Assembly: GCF_006345805.1 (NCBI RefSeq)
Contig: NC_043007.1
Span: 61,194,001 to 61,258,000 of the forward strand
DNA length: 64,000 bases
Direction of reading: 5' to 3'
DNA from: Octopus sinensis
Taxonomy: Eukaryota
Within the stretch, counting starts at the first letter, position 1. Each line of letters starts with the position of its first letter. The translations under genes were made by a program, and so were the position numbers. Below the pieces are notes generated by a model, which did not search any database, was not told where the DNA came from, and was given only the letters and a program-made list of their open reading frames with translations. Below, piece by piece: positions 27,621-40,779 of the stretch.

Positions 27621-30599
27621 TACCAAGCTGAAATTCAGTTATAGACAAAACTAATAACCAAATATATCTATCCATAAAAAAACGTCTTTCAGGAAACTGA
27701 AGTGGTAAAGTAAGTTTCATCAGTTCCATCCTGATCATTTCCACTGTCTTCCACTATAATGCCAGGTGACCAAAGCTCTGTGAACGGATTTGGTAAACAG
27801 AAAGTGAAAGAAGCCAATCATCTGTGTGTATGTGTGTGTGAATGGATGTGTGACTGTGTTTCTGTCTTCACATTATGTGATAATTATGTCATCATCGTAT
27901 AAGTGGTACTATTCATTTGCAATCTTCCATTAAAATATATCCAGCCATCAGAAAATATTACTTAGCTCAAAAGCAAGTGAGGTTTGGTGACAGGAAGAGT
28001 ATCTGAGTATAGAAAATCTGCCACACCAAACTACATCTGACCCAGGCAAGCATAGAAAATTGGATGTTGAAACAATGATGATGATTATACTATCACTTGA
28101 TATATTAACACCTGCCACAAACTTCGCATATCCTAACGGAAAATAAAGAATTGACGGAATAATCATTAGAGGTTCAAAGAATTTGACTGAGACTCAGAAC
28201 TCTTTAACCAATGTCAGAGAATATTGCTGATTTAGTTCATAGCTGTTATTCTTTGGTTCTTAGTGAGACAATCTGTTTTATTTTTTTAGGTACAGTCTAT
28301 CCAAGACTACATTTCTCAATGTATCTTTCCACTTTTAAGATGTAGGATGTAATTGGAGGTAGATTTAGCAACTATTTATAGCAAGTTGAGTGAGACTACA
28401 TAGATACCCTCCTTGAGTTGTTGAATTGGTCATTCCTTTGATATGTCATCATTGCCGCATCTGTCTCTAGCCACAATATTTATTGCTCAAACAGCTGATC
28501 AATGTTTTACCCACAAGTGTTTTAATCTAAGGTTGTCCCAAAAGCAGATATTAATTTAATTCTAGCTTGGCTAACTTTTTGCACAAATTAATAAATATTT
28601 TGTTTATCAACTTCTATATTAGAGCAAACATTTTTAGTTAGGCTCAGAACAGCTGCGGTATTTATCAGGTTGAAACAACAACACTCTGAGCAAAGCCCTG
28701 TATTTTTAATACAAATCTCTTTAGGAAATTTTCTCTGAGACAAAATATTACAGACAGTGCTGTTTTACTTTTATATACACATTATCTTATACAATGGAGG
28801 TGCATGGCTTTGTGGTGAGGGTGTTTGACTCATGATCATAAAATTGCAGTTCTGATTCCTGAACAGGAGTATGCATTGTGTTCTTGAGCAAAACACTTTG
28901 TTTCATGTTGCTCTTGTCTACTCAGCTTAGCCAGACATCTGTATCTTTTATCCTTTACTTGTTTCAGTCATTAGACTGTGACCAGCTGGGGCACTGTCTT
29001 GGAAAAATTTTATTTGAATTAATCAACCCCAGTACTTACTTTTTTCTAAGTTTGGCACTTATTCTATCGGTCTCTTTTTGCTGAACTGTTAAGTTACAGG
29101 GACATAAACACAGCAGAACCAGTTGTCAAGTGGTGGTGGGGGACGAATACACACACACACACGACAGGTTTCTTTCAGTTTCCATCTACCAAATCTACTC
29201 ACATGTGGTTGGGAAGCAAGCTTCTTACGACACAGTCACACCTGTACCTGTCACCACAGCCACACCTGTGCTTATATGCACATTAAAACAAAATCAATAC
29301 AAGTGTGTATAAGATAGAATGTAGCCATATAAACTCATTGAGCCAGTTTCCTGTTTTCCTTGGCACATATATTTCCCCAGTGGATGGGATGCTGGTCCAT
29401 TGCAAGATTACTCATTTCCTCCGGCTGAGTAGACTGAAGCAACATGAAACAAACACACACTTTGCCAGGCATTCTGTACCATTTGCTAATTAACCCAAAT
29501 ATACAAAAGTGGAATAAAGTATGAATGAGGACAGAGTCAACTACAATGAGATAGGAGGTCAATCATTCTAATCAAATGTTGAGATTTTTGTTCATGATAA
29601 TAATGTTGTGTACTTTGATTTCTCTTTATAATTGTGATTGTTTCACTGATTTTAGCCAACCCAGTTCAAAGTAGAATTGACACAAAATATCAGCAAAATG
29701 TAACTGGGATATCTTTAGAACTCTATTACCAAAATCACTGATATACTTTTATTCCCTTTATATGTATATGTGTTTATTCCTTTTATATGTGTATGTGTGT
29801 GTTTTAGACAAATATAGAAAATAAAATGACAGCCACTGCTGTCACCATCTCTCCACTCACCAACCACGAAAATTATTATAGTCTCCTCCTCCCCTCCTCC
29901 TCCTCATCATCATCATCTCACCACTACTACTGCTGTTATCATTATCATGGTCCTCATTCTCCTCCACACTGCCACCACCACTATCACTACCATTATCATC
30001 ATCTACCTCCTCATCATACTACCACCCCCCATCGCCACTATATTTACCCCCCCCCCATTGCTTAGATTGATTGCATTTATCATTGTGCTCTCTAATGGAT
30101 TAATGTCTGAATATATGTACTTTTATTTTTTATTCTTTAACTGGTTTCAGTCATTGGACAACAGCTATGCTGGGGTATCATCTTTAAGAATTTTACTTGT
30201 TCATATCAATCTCAGTGCTTATTTCAGTCTAGTACTTATTACATTGATCTCTCTTCATTGACTGGTAAAGTTTTACCATTTTAGTGTAAAGAGACATAAG
30301 TAGATACAGCGATTTACAATGACATGCATGCACATATCTAAATATAAGCTGACATGTCATTGCAGTTTCTGTAGAGCAAATTTTCAGTCACAAACTTTTG
30401 GTCAACCAGTGGTAACATTGGATTCATTTAAAATGCCTTGCAGTGCGATCAAACCAGGAACTGTGTGGTTATGAAGCAAATTTATATTCATATGACTATT
30501 TCTACATCAATGAGTATTTGTATGCAGGTGTGACTATAAGTGCCTATTTGTATGTTTGTGTTGTGTAAATTCAGATGAGAATGTAAAAAATGAAAAAAA

Positions 30600-31240
30600 T
30601 TAAATAATAATAATAATTCTTTCTAATTTTGGCACAAGGCCAATTTTTTGATGGAAGGGAGCTAGTCAAATTGACCTCAGTGCTTAACTGGTACTTATTT
30701 TATTGACCCAAAAGGATAAAAGGCGAAGTTCCTACTCTTTACATTCTGATTTCAAATGTTGCAAAGGTCAACTTCGCCTTTCATCCTTTTGGGGTCAATA
30801 ATATAAGTACCAGTTGAGCACTGAGGTCAATATAATTAACCAGCTCCCTTCCACCAAAAAATTGACCTTGTGCCAAAATTAGAAGAATTCAATGATGATC
30901 AATTTGCCAGCTCACCGGCTTTAATAATGATATCCTTTTTACTATAGGCACAAAGCCTGAAATTTAGGGGGAAGGAGCTAGTCCTTTACATTGACCCCAG
31001 TACTCAACTGGTTGTTATTTCATCAACCCTGAAAGGATGAAAAGCAAAGTTGACCTTGGCAGAATAATTTGAACTCAGAACATAAAGCTGGAAGTATCCG
31101 ACATGCAAATGATTCTATCCATAATACTGATTTCAAATTTTTACACAAAGCCAGCAAGTTCAGGGAAAGGGTTAAGTTGATTACATCAACCCCAGTGCTC
31201 AACTTATTTTTATCCAATATGCTAATGATTCTGCCAATAA
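30600..31240 (-). mobile_element. Cluster of decayed family-A SINEs
   Basis: Repeated GGCACAAGGCC...TTGACCCCAGT.CTCAACTGGTAC...GAAAGGATGAAA blocks separated by (AAT)n. Confidence 0.7.
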
Positions 31241-31247
31241 TAATCAT

Positions 31248-34200
31248 TATCATCATCATCATCATTATTTAGCGTCTGCTTTCCATGCTAGCATGGGTTG
31301 GACAGTTCAACTGGGGTCTGTGAAGCCAGAAGGCTGCATCAGACCCAGTCTGATCTGGCAGTGTTTCTACGGCTGGATGCCCTTCCTAACGCCAACCACT
31401 CTGTGAGTGTAGTGGGTGCTTTTTACGTGCCACCCGCACAGGTGCCAGACGGAGTGGAAAACGGCCACGGACGGATGGTGCTTTTTACGTGCCACCGGCA
31501 CGGGGCCAGGCGAGGCTGGCAACGGCCACGAATGGATGGTGCTTTTTACGTGCCACCGGCATGAGGCCAGTCGGGGCGCCGCTGGCAATGGCCACGAACG
31601 GACAGTGGTGACAGTCGAGTCTGGCAAACGGCCACGAACGGATGGTGCTTTTTACGTGCCACCGGCACGGGCCAAGCGAGGCTGGCAATGGCCACAAACG
31701 GATGGTGCTTTTTACGTGCCATCGGCACAAGGCCAGTCTGGGCAACGGCCACGAACGGATGGTGCTTTTTACGTGCCATCGGCACAAGGCCAGTCTGGGC
31801 GGCGCTGGCAATGGCCACGAACGGATGGTGCTTTTTATGTGCCACCGGCATGAGGCCAGTCGGGGCAGCGCTGGCAACGGCCACATTCAGATGGTTCTCT
31901 TACGTGCCACCGGCACTGGTAACTCAGCTGCAGTTTCCATTGATCGATTTTGATTCTGATTCTCACTTGCCTCAACAGGTCTTCACAAGTAGTTTTGTGT
32001 CCCAAGAAGGGAAGGTATGCATAAGTGGGCTGGCTACATCCCATGTAGAAGGCCACGGGTTATGGTCTCACTTGTCCTGCCGGGTCTTCTTGCGCACTGC
32101 ATACTTCCAGAGGTCTCGGTCTCTAGTCATTTCCTCAGTGAGACCTAAAGTTCAAAGGTCGTGCTTCACCACCTTGTCCCAGGTTTTCCTGGGTCTGCCT
32201 CTTCCACAGGTTTCCTCAACCGCTAGGGTGTGGCACTTTTTCACACAACTATCTTCATCCATTCTCGCCACATGCCCATACCAGCGCAAACGTCTCTCTT
32301 GCACACCACATCTGATGCTTCTTAGGTCCAGCTTTTCTCTCAAGGTACTTGCACTCTGTCGAGTATGAGTACTGACATTACACATCCATCGGAGCATACT
32401 GGCTTCATTTCTTGCGAGCTTAAGCATATCCTCAGCAGTCACGGCCCATGTTTCACTGCCATGTAGCATGGCTGTTCGTACACATGCGTCGTACAGTCTG
32501 CATTTTACTCTGAGCGAGAGGCCTTTTGTCACCAGCAGAGGTAAGAGTTCTCTGAACTTTGCCCAAGCTATTCTTACTCTAGTAGTTACACTTTCAGCAC
32601 ACCTGCCCCCACTGCTGACTTGGTCACCTGGGTAACGGAAGCTATCAACTATTTCTAGTTTTTCTCCCTGGAAAGTGACAGAAGTTGGTCTCAGAGCATT
32701 TTCAGTGTTTATTGTTCCTGAGCATCTGCCACATACAAAAACCATCTTCCTAGTTAGCCTTCCTTTGACATTGCTGCACCTCTTATGTGTCCATAGCTTA
32801 CACTTGGTGCATCTTATAGAGTTTCTACCTACACCTTTTCTACAGATTGAGCAGGGCCATCTACCTGAAGGCGTTTGTGATTTGTCTACCTTCCTACTTA
32901 TTAGGACTTTGGTTTTAGCTAGATTGACTCTAAGGCCCTTCGATTCTAATCCTTGCTTCCACACCTGAAACTTCTCCTCCAGTTCTGATAGTGACTCAGC
33001 AATTAGAGCAAGGTCATCAGCATAGAAGAGCTCCCAAGGGCATCCTGTCTTGAATTCCTCCGTTATTGCCTGGAGGACTATGATAAATAGGAGGGGGCTG
33101 AGGACTGAGCCTTGGAGGACCCCTACCTCTACCCGGAATTCTTCACTGTACTCGTTGCCAACCCTCACCTTACTAGCAGTGTCCCTGTACATGGCTCGCA
33201 CAGCTCTCACTAACCATTCATCTATCCCTAGTTTCCTCATTGACCACCAGATAAGGGATCGAGGGACCCTGTCGAAGGCTTTCTCCATGTCAACAAAAGC
33301 CAGGTACAGGGGTTTATCTTTGGCTAGGTATTTCTCCTGCAGCTGCCTTACCAGGAACATAGCATCAGTGGTACTTTTCCCTGGCACGAACCCAAACTGC
33401 ATCTCATCTAAACTAACTCTCTCTTTAATTAGTTGGGCTATGACCCTCTCCGTAACCTTCATCACCTGATCCAACAGCTTGATACCTCTGTAATTATTTG
33501 TATCTAGGGCGTCACCTTTACCTTTGTAGCAGTTGACTATTATGCTGCTACACCAGTCATTGGGTATGACTCCTTCGTGTATCACCTGATTAACTATACG
33601 GGTGACTAGGCTATAGCCGACACTACCAGATATTTTGAGCATCTCTGCAGTGATTCCTGATGGGCCTGGGGCTTTCCCTGTCTTCATGCTTCTAATTGCC
33701 TTAACTACCAAGGAACTATCAACTCGGATAGCTGGTCCCTCTGTTGGGTCAACATTCGGCAGACTCTCTTTATCCCATTCATTTTCTTTATTCAGCAACC
33801 TTTCATAGTGGCGTCTCCAAACCTCTCTCTTTGCATCCTCATTTAGCGCAAGTGAACCATCTTCCATGCGAACACACTTCTCTCCTACCACATCACAATT
33901 CTCTCTCTTTCACACTGTCTTGCAACGCGAAACACCTCCAGTCTTTGGTCCTCACGGCGCAGAACATTGGCAAATTTTTTATTATCTGCTTCCCCTCTGG
34001 CTAGATAGACCTGTCTCCTAGCTTCCCTTTTTGGCAGTCTGATACAATTCCCTGCTACCGCCATTCTTCCAGTGCTTCCAAGTCTGTCTCTTTTCTCTAA
34101 TAGCCCTGTCTACAACACTGTTCCACCACCACATTACCTTGGGACGAGAGGGGACTTTGCACCAGCCACAGATCTGGTCAGTGGCTCTCAGCAGGTTGTC

Positions 34201-34731
34201 CCTTAGAAACGTCCAGTTGCCTTCTACCCCATGTGATACTCTATCCCCTTCTACTTCATCAAAGGCTTCAAGTAGCATGTCCCTAAATCTCTGTCCATTC
34301 GCAGGATCTTTAAGCTTCCAGATCCTTCTTCTCCATGCTGGTCGTCTTCTGGTTGTCCCCCTAGTCCTGATCCTAAAGTCACTAACTACCAGTCTATGTT
34401 GTGGGGTACATTCTTTGCCTGGGAAGGTTTTGGCATTTATAAGCAGCCATCTCTCACTTTGCCTGGCAAGGATGTAGTCAATTTGGCTGGTATGTTGGCC
34501 CGATCGGTAGGTGACTAGGTGGCTGATAGGTTTCCTGAAGTTAGTGTTGCAAATCATAAGATTATTTGCATCGCAGAACTCCAGCAGCCTGGTTCCCTCT
34601 TCGTTGCGGGAACCATAGCCATAGCCTCCATGTACGCCATGGAAGCCCCCAGCATGTCGTCCAACATGACCATTGAAGTCACCAGCCACAAAGAGAAGGT
34701 CTCTGTCGTTCGTCAACGAGGTAGTCTGCAG
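31248..34731 (-). mobile_element. 5'-truncated RTE-clade LINE: APE endonuclease part (34018-34716), 579-aa RT ORF (32152-33891), 3' UTR with minisatellite and (TGA)n tail
   Basis: GDFNGH and HRLV APE motifs; FVDMEKAFD, QGSVLSP and YADD RT motifs intact; C-terminal RLRWYGHV...RGRPRKTW; +1 and +2 frameshifts between the two ORFs. Confidence 0.96.
31416..31916. repeat. Minisatellite of about 8 units (57-66 bp) in the RTE 3' UTR, each with a GTGCC-ACC-GGCAC hairpin
   Basis: Repeated GGATGGTGCTTTTTACGTGCCACCGGCAC...GGCAACGGCCACGAAC. Confidence 0.9.
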
Positions 34732-34734
34732 TAA

Positions 34735-36335
34735 TAATAATAATAATTATAATAATCCTTTCTGCAATAGGCACAAGGCCTGAAATCTCGGGGATGGGGT
34801 AGTTGTTTACATTGACCCCAGTACTCAACTAGTACTTAATTTATCAACCCCAAAAGGATAAAAGGCAAAGTTGAACTTAGTGGAATTTGGACCCAAAACA
34901 TAAAGACGGATGAATGATAATAATAATAATAATAATTGTTTTAAATTTTAGTGTAAAGTCAGTAATTTTAAGGAGATGGGGTTAACTGTATTTGATTGCT
35001 ACTTTATTTTGTTGATCCTAAACAGATGAAATGCAAAATTGATGTCAGCAGTATTTGAAAGTAGTTTGTAAAGAGTGGAAAGAAACCTGCAAAGCATTTT
35101 GTCCACTGTGCTAATGATTCTATCAGCTCATTGCTTCAATAATAGCAATAATAATAATAATAATAATAATAATCTTTTCTACTATAAGCACAAGGCCTGA
35201 AATTTGGTGGGAGGGGACTAGTTGATTACATGGACCCCCAACTGGTACTCATTCTATTGACCCTGAAAAGATGAAAGGCAAAGTCAACCTCAGTGGAATT
35301 TGAACTCAGAATGTAGCAACAGATGGACTAAACGCTGCAAAGCATTTTGTCTGGCATGCTAATGATTCTGCCAGCTCACTGCCTGAATAATAATAATCCT
35401 TTCTACTGGTAGCACAAGGCCTCAAATTTGGGGAAGGGATTAAGTTGATTACATTAACCCCTGTGCATAGCTGGTACTTATTTAATCAAACCTGAAAGGA
35501 CAAAAGGAAAAGTCGACTCCAATGGAATTTGAACTCAGAATGTAGCAACAGATGAAATACTGCTAAGCATTTCACCCGGCGTGCTAATGATTCTTATTTC
35601 TTTATTGCCCACAAGGGGCTAAACATAGAGGGACAAACAAGGACAGACAAAGGGATTAAGTCGATTACATTAACCCCAGTGCATAACGGGTACTTATTTA
35701 ATCGACCCTGAAAGGATGAAAGGCAAAGTTGACCTCGGCGGAATTTGAACTCAGAACGTAACGGCAGACGAAATACGGCTACGCATTTCGCCTGGCGTGC
35801 TAATGATTCTGCCAGCTCACCACCATTAATAATAATAATCCTTTCTACTATAGGCACAAGGCCTGAAATTTGGTAGGAGGGGGTCTGTTGATTAGATCGG
35901 CTCCAGTATGTAACTAGTACTTAATTTATCAACCCTGAAAGAATGAAAGGCAAAGTCGACCCCGGCGGAATTTGAACTCAGAACATAAAGACAGACGAAA
36001 TACCACTAAGCATTTTGCCTGGCATGCTAAGGACTCTGCCAGCTTGCAGCCTTTAATAATAATAATAATGATGATGTTTCAGATTTTGGTTCAAGGCCAC
36101 ACTGCTTCACTGGTACTTTATTTTCTCAACCCTGAAGGGATGAAAGATAAAATTAACCTAGGAAGGTTTTGAACTCAGAAAAATAGTCAGAACAAAATAC
36201 TACAAAGTACTTTTTTTTGACAGTCTAGCAATTCTACCAATCCAATGCAACACCAACTTAGCACGTTAAAATAGATGAAATGCTGCTAAGCATTTTGCCT
36301 GACATGCTAACGATTCTTCCAGCTCATCACCTACT
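34735..36335 (-). mobile_element. Array of about 7-8 same-orientation family-A SINEs separated by (AAT)n
   Basis: GAAAGGATGAAAGGCAAAGT.GAC...TTTGAACTCAGAA recurs about every 200 bp with varying CpG decay. Confidence 0.85.
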
Positions 36336-38888
36336 AATAACAACTACAACAAAACAAGGCTCTGAAAGGTCCATTACCACCTCTGCCGTCTATTAGATCA
36401 CTAAAATAACAAAAGAAATTATTCACTATTTCTAGGGAGTCTTTGGAGCAGAGCCTATTTCCTGGGTCCTCTTCAAGCTTAATTCAGTTATGTATCTGCC
36501 ACATGTGAAAGCTAATATAACTGTTAGCCATGCCACCTCTTGTGCATCCATAATTTACACTGAGCACACTATATGGAGTTTTTACTCACTACTTTTCTGC
36601 ATATTGAGTACAACCATTTCCCTGATGGTAGTAGAGTCCTGTCTTTTTTTTCTTCTTTCCCCTAAGTATTAACTTTAGTCTTGATTAAGTTTACTTCATG
36701 ACCCTTTGATTCCAGATTTTACTTTTTCTATGTCTGGTCCTTGAATGACTTTAGTGGACCCCAGTTTGTAACAATCTCTCAAGTTTCTCCCAACAATCTT
36801 GAAGGCTCTGGGAAAAAATATGGGCACAAATCTTCCTCCTCAGACCAAACAATTAAAAAGATAACATATATAACTTCAAAGAAGTATTAAGTGATACCTA
36901 TAATGAGAAGGTAGGGAAATAAAGTGATTATGATATAGAGAACAACTGGAGTTTCAATGAAATAACCTGTTGATGAAATTGTTGAGTAGATAGGTGTGTG
37001 CAAGCTAAGAGAATAAGCTTAAATGAGATGTAGTTTTTGGTTTGAGTCAGAAAAGGGACCTACAGAAATTCTTAGCTAAGAGCAAGCTAATATATCTAGT
37101 GAGCTGGCAGAAATGTTAGCATGTTGGGTGAAATGCTTAACGGTATTTCGTCTGCTGTTATGTTTTGAGTTCAAATTCCACCGAGGTTGACTTTACCTTT
37201 CATCCTTTCAGAGTCAATTAAATAAGTACCAGTTATGCACTGGGGCCGATGTAATCGACTTAATCCCTTTGACCTCTCTATGTTTAGCTCCCTGTGGGCA
37301 ATAAAAAACAAATATATCTATTATTTGCTGATATTTGAAAGCCTTCAAATAGTTGCTGAATTCATTGAGTGTAGATGAATAAATTGTGAGAGTTTTGCAA
37401 ACCCTGTGCAGCAGTGTTAGCAAAGTGAGAGATAATAATGAATTTAGTGAAGAATTTATAGTTGGAATAACACTATGTAATGCGATTTTTGTCCTTGGGT
37501 AGCTCCAGTATGTGATTAAATTTCACAGGAAAGAATCACAAGATGAATATTTCAAGTTAAGCAAACTGGCAGAAAACCTAGGGGCAGACCACAAATGATA
37601 CAGTTGGATAATATCCATAGTCTCAGTTAGTCATGCTTGGAAAGTTTAATGAGTTGCTTCTGGGAAGACCGCACTGGAGGAGGTGCCTGAGGACTTTACC
37701 TCCACAACATTTCCAGGAACAGTGGCTGGAGATGGAGGGATGGTATGAGTGAGATTATTTTCTTGTTGGAACTAGTAATGTTACATCTGGTTACCCTTCT
37801 TACTGCTAACAATCCAACTATGATTAAGAGAAAATTTTGTTTTTCTGCCGTCAGACCAACTATAGCTAGCAGGGTAGTATACCATGCTCTAAACACTACA
37901 ACGGTTCTAGTAAGATTTAAAACTGATAAACATGCTGTCAACAGTTGAATACTTTCCAAAGAGTCATTTATGTCTCTAATAATACTAAATATGATAGTAT
38001 GTCTTACTAATGTACGTTAGTGGTTTTGCTTATTTTGTTCGTTTTTGTCTGTTTTTTCCTGTTATGTGGGTTAAACAAATATGTTACTGAGGCATAGTTT
38101 TACAGCCAGTTACCTGTCCCAATGCTGATTCATATCTGTTTTTCAAGTAAGGGAACTCTTATTCTACATAGCTTCAAAGTAGGAATGATTTGACAGAAGT
38201 GTCAAGAAAAACACTGCTGGAAATTGTGTCTTTCATATAAGTGAACATAGATGTAAACAAACACAGACACACACGTGCATGCAAACACACACACGACAGG
38301 TGTCTTGAGGTCCTCCATCTACCGAATTTATCCAGGGCTATGACAAGTTTCTGTGCTGATGGACTGAACCTGAAACCACATGGTTAGGAAGTTCACTTCT
38401 TAACCAAATAGCTATGCTATTTATAAAGAGAGAGAGAGAGAGAGAAAGAAAAAGTTATTCAATCAATTGTTTTAAAGCTTGCTCTCTTTTAAGTTCAAAT
38501 TTTGAAAACAATTTCTTTAAAATTAAAGATTACATTTACAAACAGTATCTCATTCAAGTATACCAATAATCAACAGAGGTAAAATTTTTGGAGTTTTATT
38601 GTCTTTATTATTTCATTTTGATAAATAGTAGAGTCAGATATTCAACATGTTAAGATATTCAACATGTCAGGCATTAAAAAAGATCCCACCCAACAAAAAA
38701 AAACAAAAAACAAAGTGATATAGCTGTTTTAAGTGCTTTCAACCAAATTTCTGGTTTAAACTCTATTCTGCTTTACACACACACACACACACAAAAAGTG
38801 AACGAAGGGACATAACTAAGTGATTCAATTATCATTACGGTAATTGAGATTTAGTCCAATCAATGAGTCTAATAATACAGTTTAACAA

Positions 38889-39006
38889 CTATGCTTTTGG
38901 CAAGTTACTTTCTTTTTCTACATTTTGGATTACAGCTGTTTGAAAGGCTTGTCGTATTTCTCGCTGTTGAAATTTCATTTTAGAGTAGTTGTATCGGCAG
39001 AAAGAC
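38889..39006 (-). CDS. COX20: COX20 last coding exon (W)SFCRYNYSKMKFQQREIRQAFQTAVIQNVEKESNLPKA*
   Basis: ttcctcctttgtag acceptor, phase 2; matches COX20 W..CRYNY.K.R.Q; minus-strand AATAAA at 38595-38600 and 38604-38609. Confidence 0.92.
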
Positions 39007-40779
39007 CTACAAAGGAGGAAACAGACAGATGAATCACTGGAATAAATGTTTAATCTTTTCATTATTATATTTTTATTGAAATACACTGTCTTTGTTTCAA
39101 TTAATTTTGAAAGTAATGAAGAATTTAGTAAAATAACTGTGTTGCTATTCAGAATAATGAGAAATTTTGACTGGTTTTAATTTAAGCCATTTTAAACAAG
39201 AAGTTTGTATGATACAACCAGGGGCAGACTTAGGCAATTTGAAATCAAAAGGGTTAACTTTGATCATGATCATCACCAATATCATCAACCTGCACCAGCA
39301 GAACCACCACCATTTTAGCATCCACATTTGCTTGGGTTAGGCACAATTTGTTGTGGCAGATTTTCTCTGACATAATGCTCTTTGTCACTAATCTTTACTT
39401 GTTTCCAAGCAAAGTAGTATTTCCCTGTTGTTGGACATGTATACATAGGGAATTCGAAACAAACAGCACCACGTGTATGACAGTGACACTTTGTTTACAA
39501 TTTTCATATGGTGTCAAGACAAGGAGTCACAAACACACGCATACATGTGTACACATATATGTATATAAATATGTGTGTGTTTATACATACATATGTATGT
39601 ACATACACACGTGTACACACACACACACAAAATGAACTTCTTTCAGTGTCTATCTGGTTCAGGGCTATAGAAGAAGAAACCCACCCATCCACCTGCCTGC
39701 CTGCCCCAAAACCAACACAGTTGCTGGAAACTTAGTATGCATCACTTTGGGGACATGGGAAGAATCTGCACATAAACATCTGTCACTTTTGTTAGACTTA
39801 TGGTCTTGGTAGAAGCTTTCATCAGAAAAGAACCAAAGCATGCCATGTTTGCGAGGTTTTTTTTAACCTTGTTAAGTAACTGCTTGGCAGGGTCAAACAG
39901 TTTTCCTCTGTCTTTGCAGACATAAACTGGCCTCTCCTCAGTATATGCAACATATATTGAATGTCCTCATGCATCACTGTTCTGATAAACAACTTCAACA
40001 TCTGAAGTTCTCTGGCAAGGGGCCTTCACTAATTTTCTGGGGACATTACTGATAATGTTTTGAAACCATTGGATGAATTGTGGTGTCTTTAACAGTATCA
40101 GAACATGTAGAATGGTTTTTCACTTTGATATAGTTGAAACATTCCCACTAGGAGCTTCCAATTTCATCTGAACTTTGTGCACAAAAGATCTTTAGAAAGG
40201 TAGTAATTTCTAAATTGCAGTGTTCCAGAAATATGTCAACAATAGCAGCATGTCTTTATTTCTTGTGTTAACATTTTATCTGGCACTGAGGATCTGAAAG
40301 AAATAAAAACCTTTTAGTTGGTTTGAAGAGAGTGATATACTGATAATTAAACGTCCTCATATACCCCTTGTATCATGCATGTATATATATATGTGTGTGT
40401 GTGTATGTGTGCGCACACGTATGTATTTTCTTACACATATGTTTCAGATAAAACCCTTAACTCTGAAGAAAGACTCTGTCTGAAACATTGGATAATCTAC
40501 TCCTCTCAGAAATTTCACTGTACCCTACATTGCTGTTCTCAAATAATACAAGTCTTACAATGCAGACCACTACCACCAACATAATTCTCTTTGGACTCTG
40601 TTTTATCCAAAACATAACCAACATGCCATGACTGCTACAGTTTTGCACAATGGGTGTAAAGAAGTCTGAGTAATATAACCAAGGTTCAAGACTAACAGCT
40701 TGCTTTGAAGCCTTTTTATAGCAGACATTATATCATGAACTGAAATGATTTAGGAGACTCGATCAAATCAATAACTGCA

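Noticed and set aside
29826-30065. His/Pro/Ser-rich 79-aa ORF
   Set aside because: Degenerate (CAT/CAC/CCT)n low-complexity tract without convincing splice sites.
31416-31916. CRISPR-like repeat/spacer appearance (also 42986-43280)
   Set aside because: Inter-repeat segments are mutually homologous, the context is a eukaryotic LINE UTR, and there are no cas genes.
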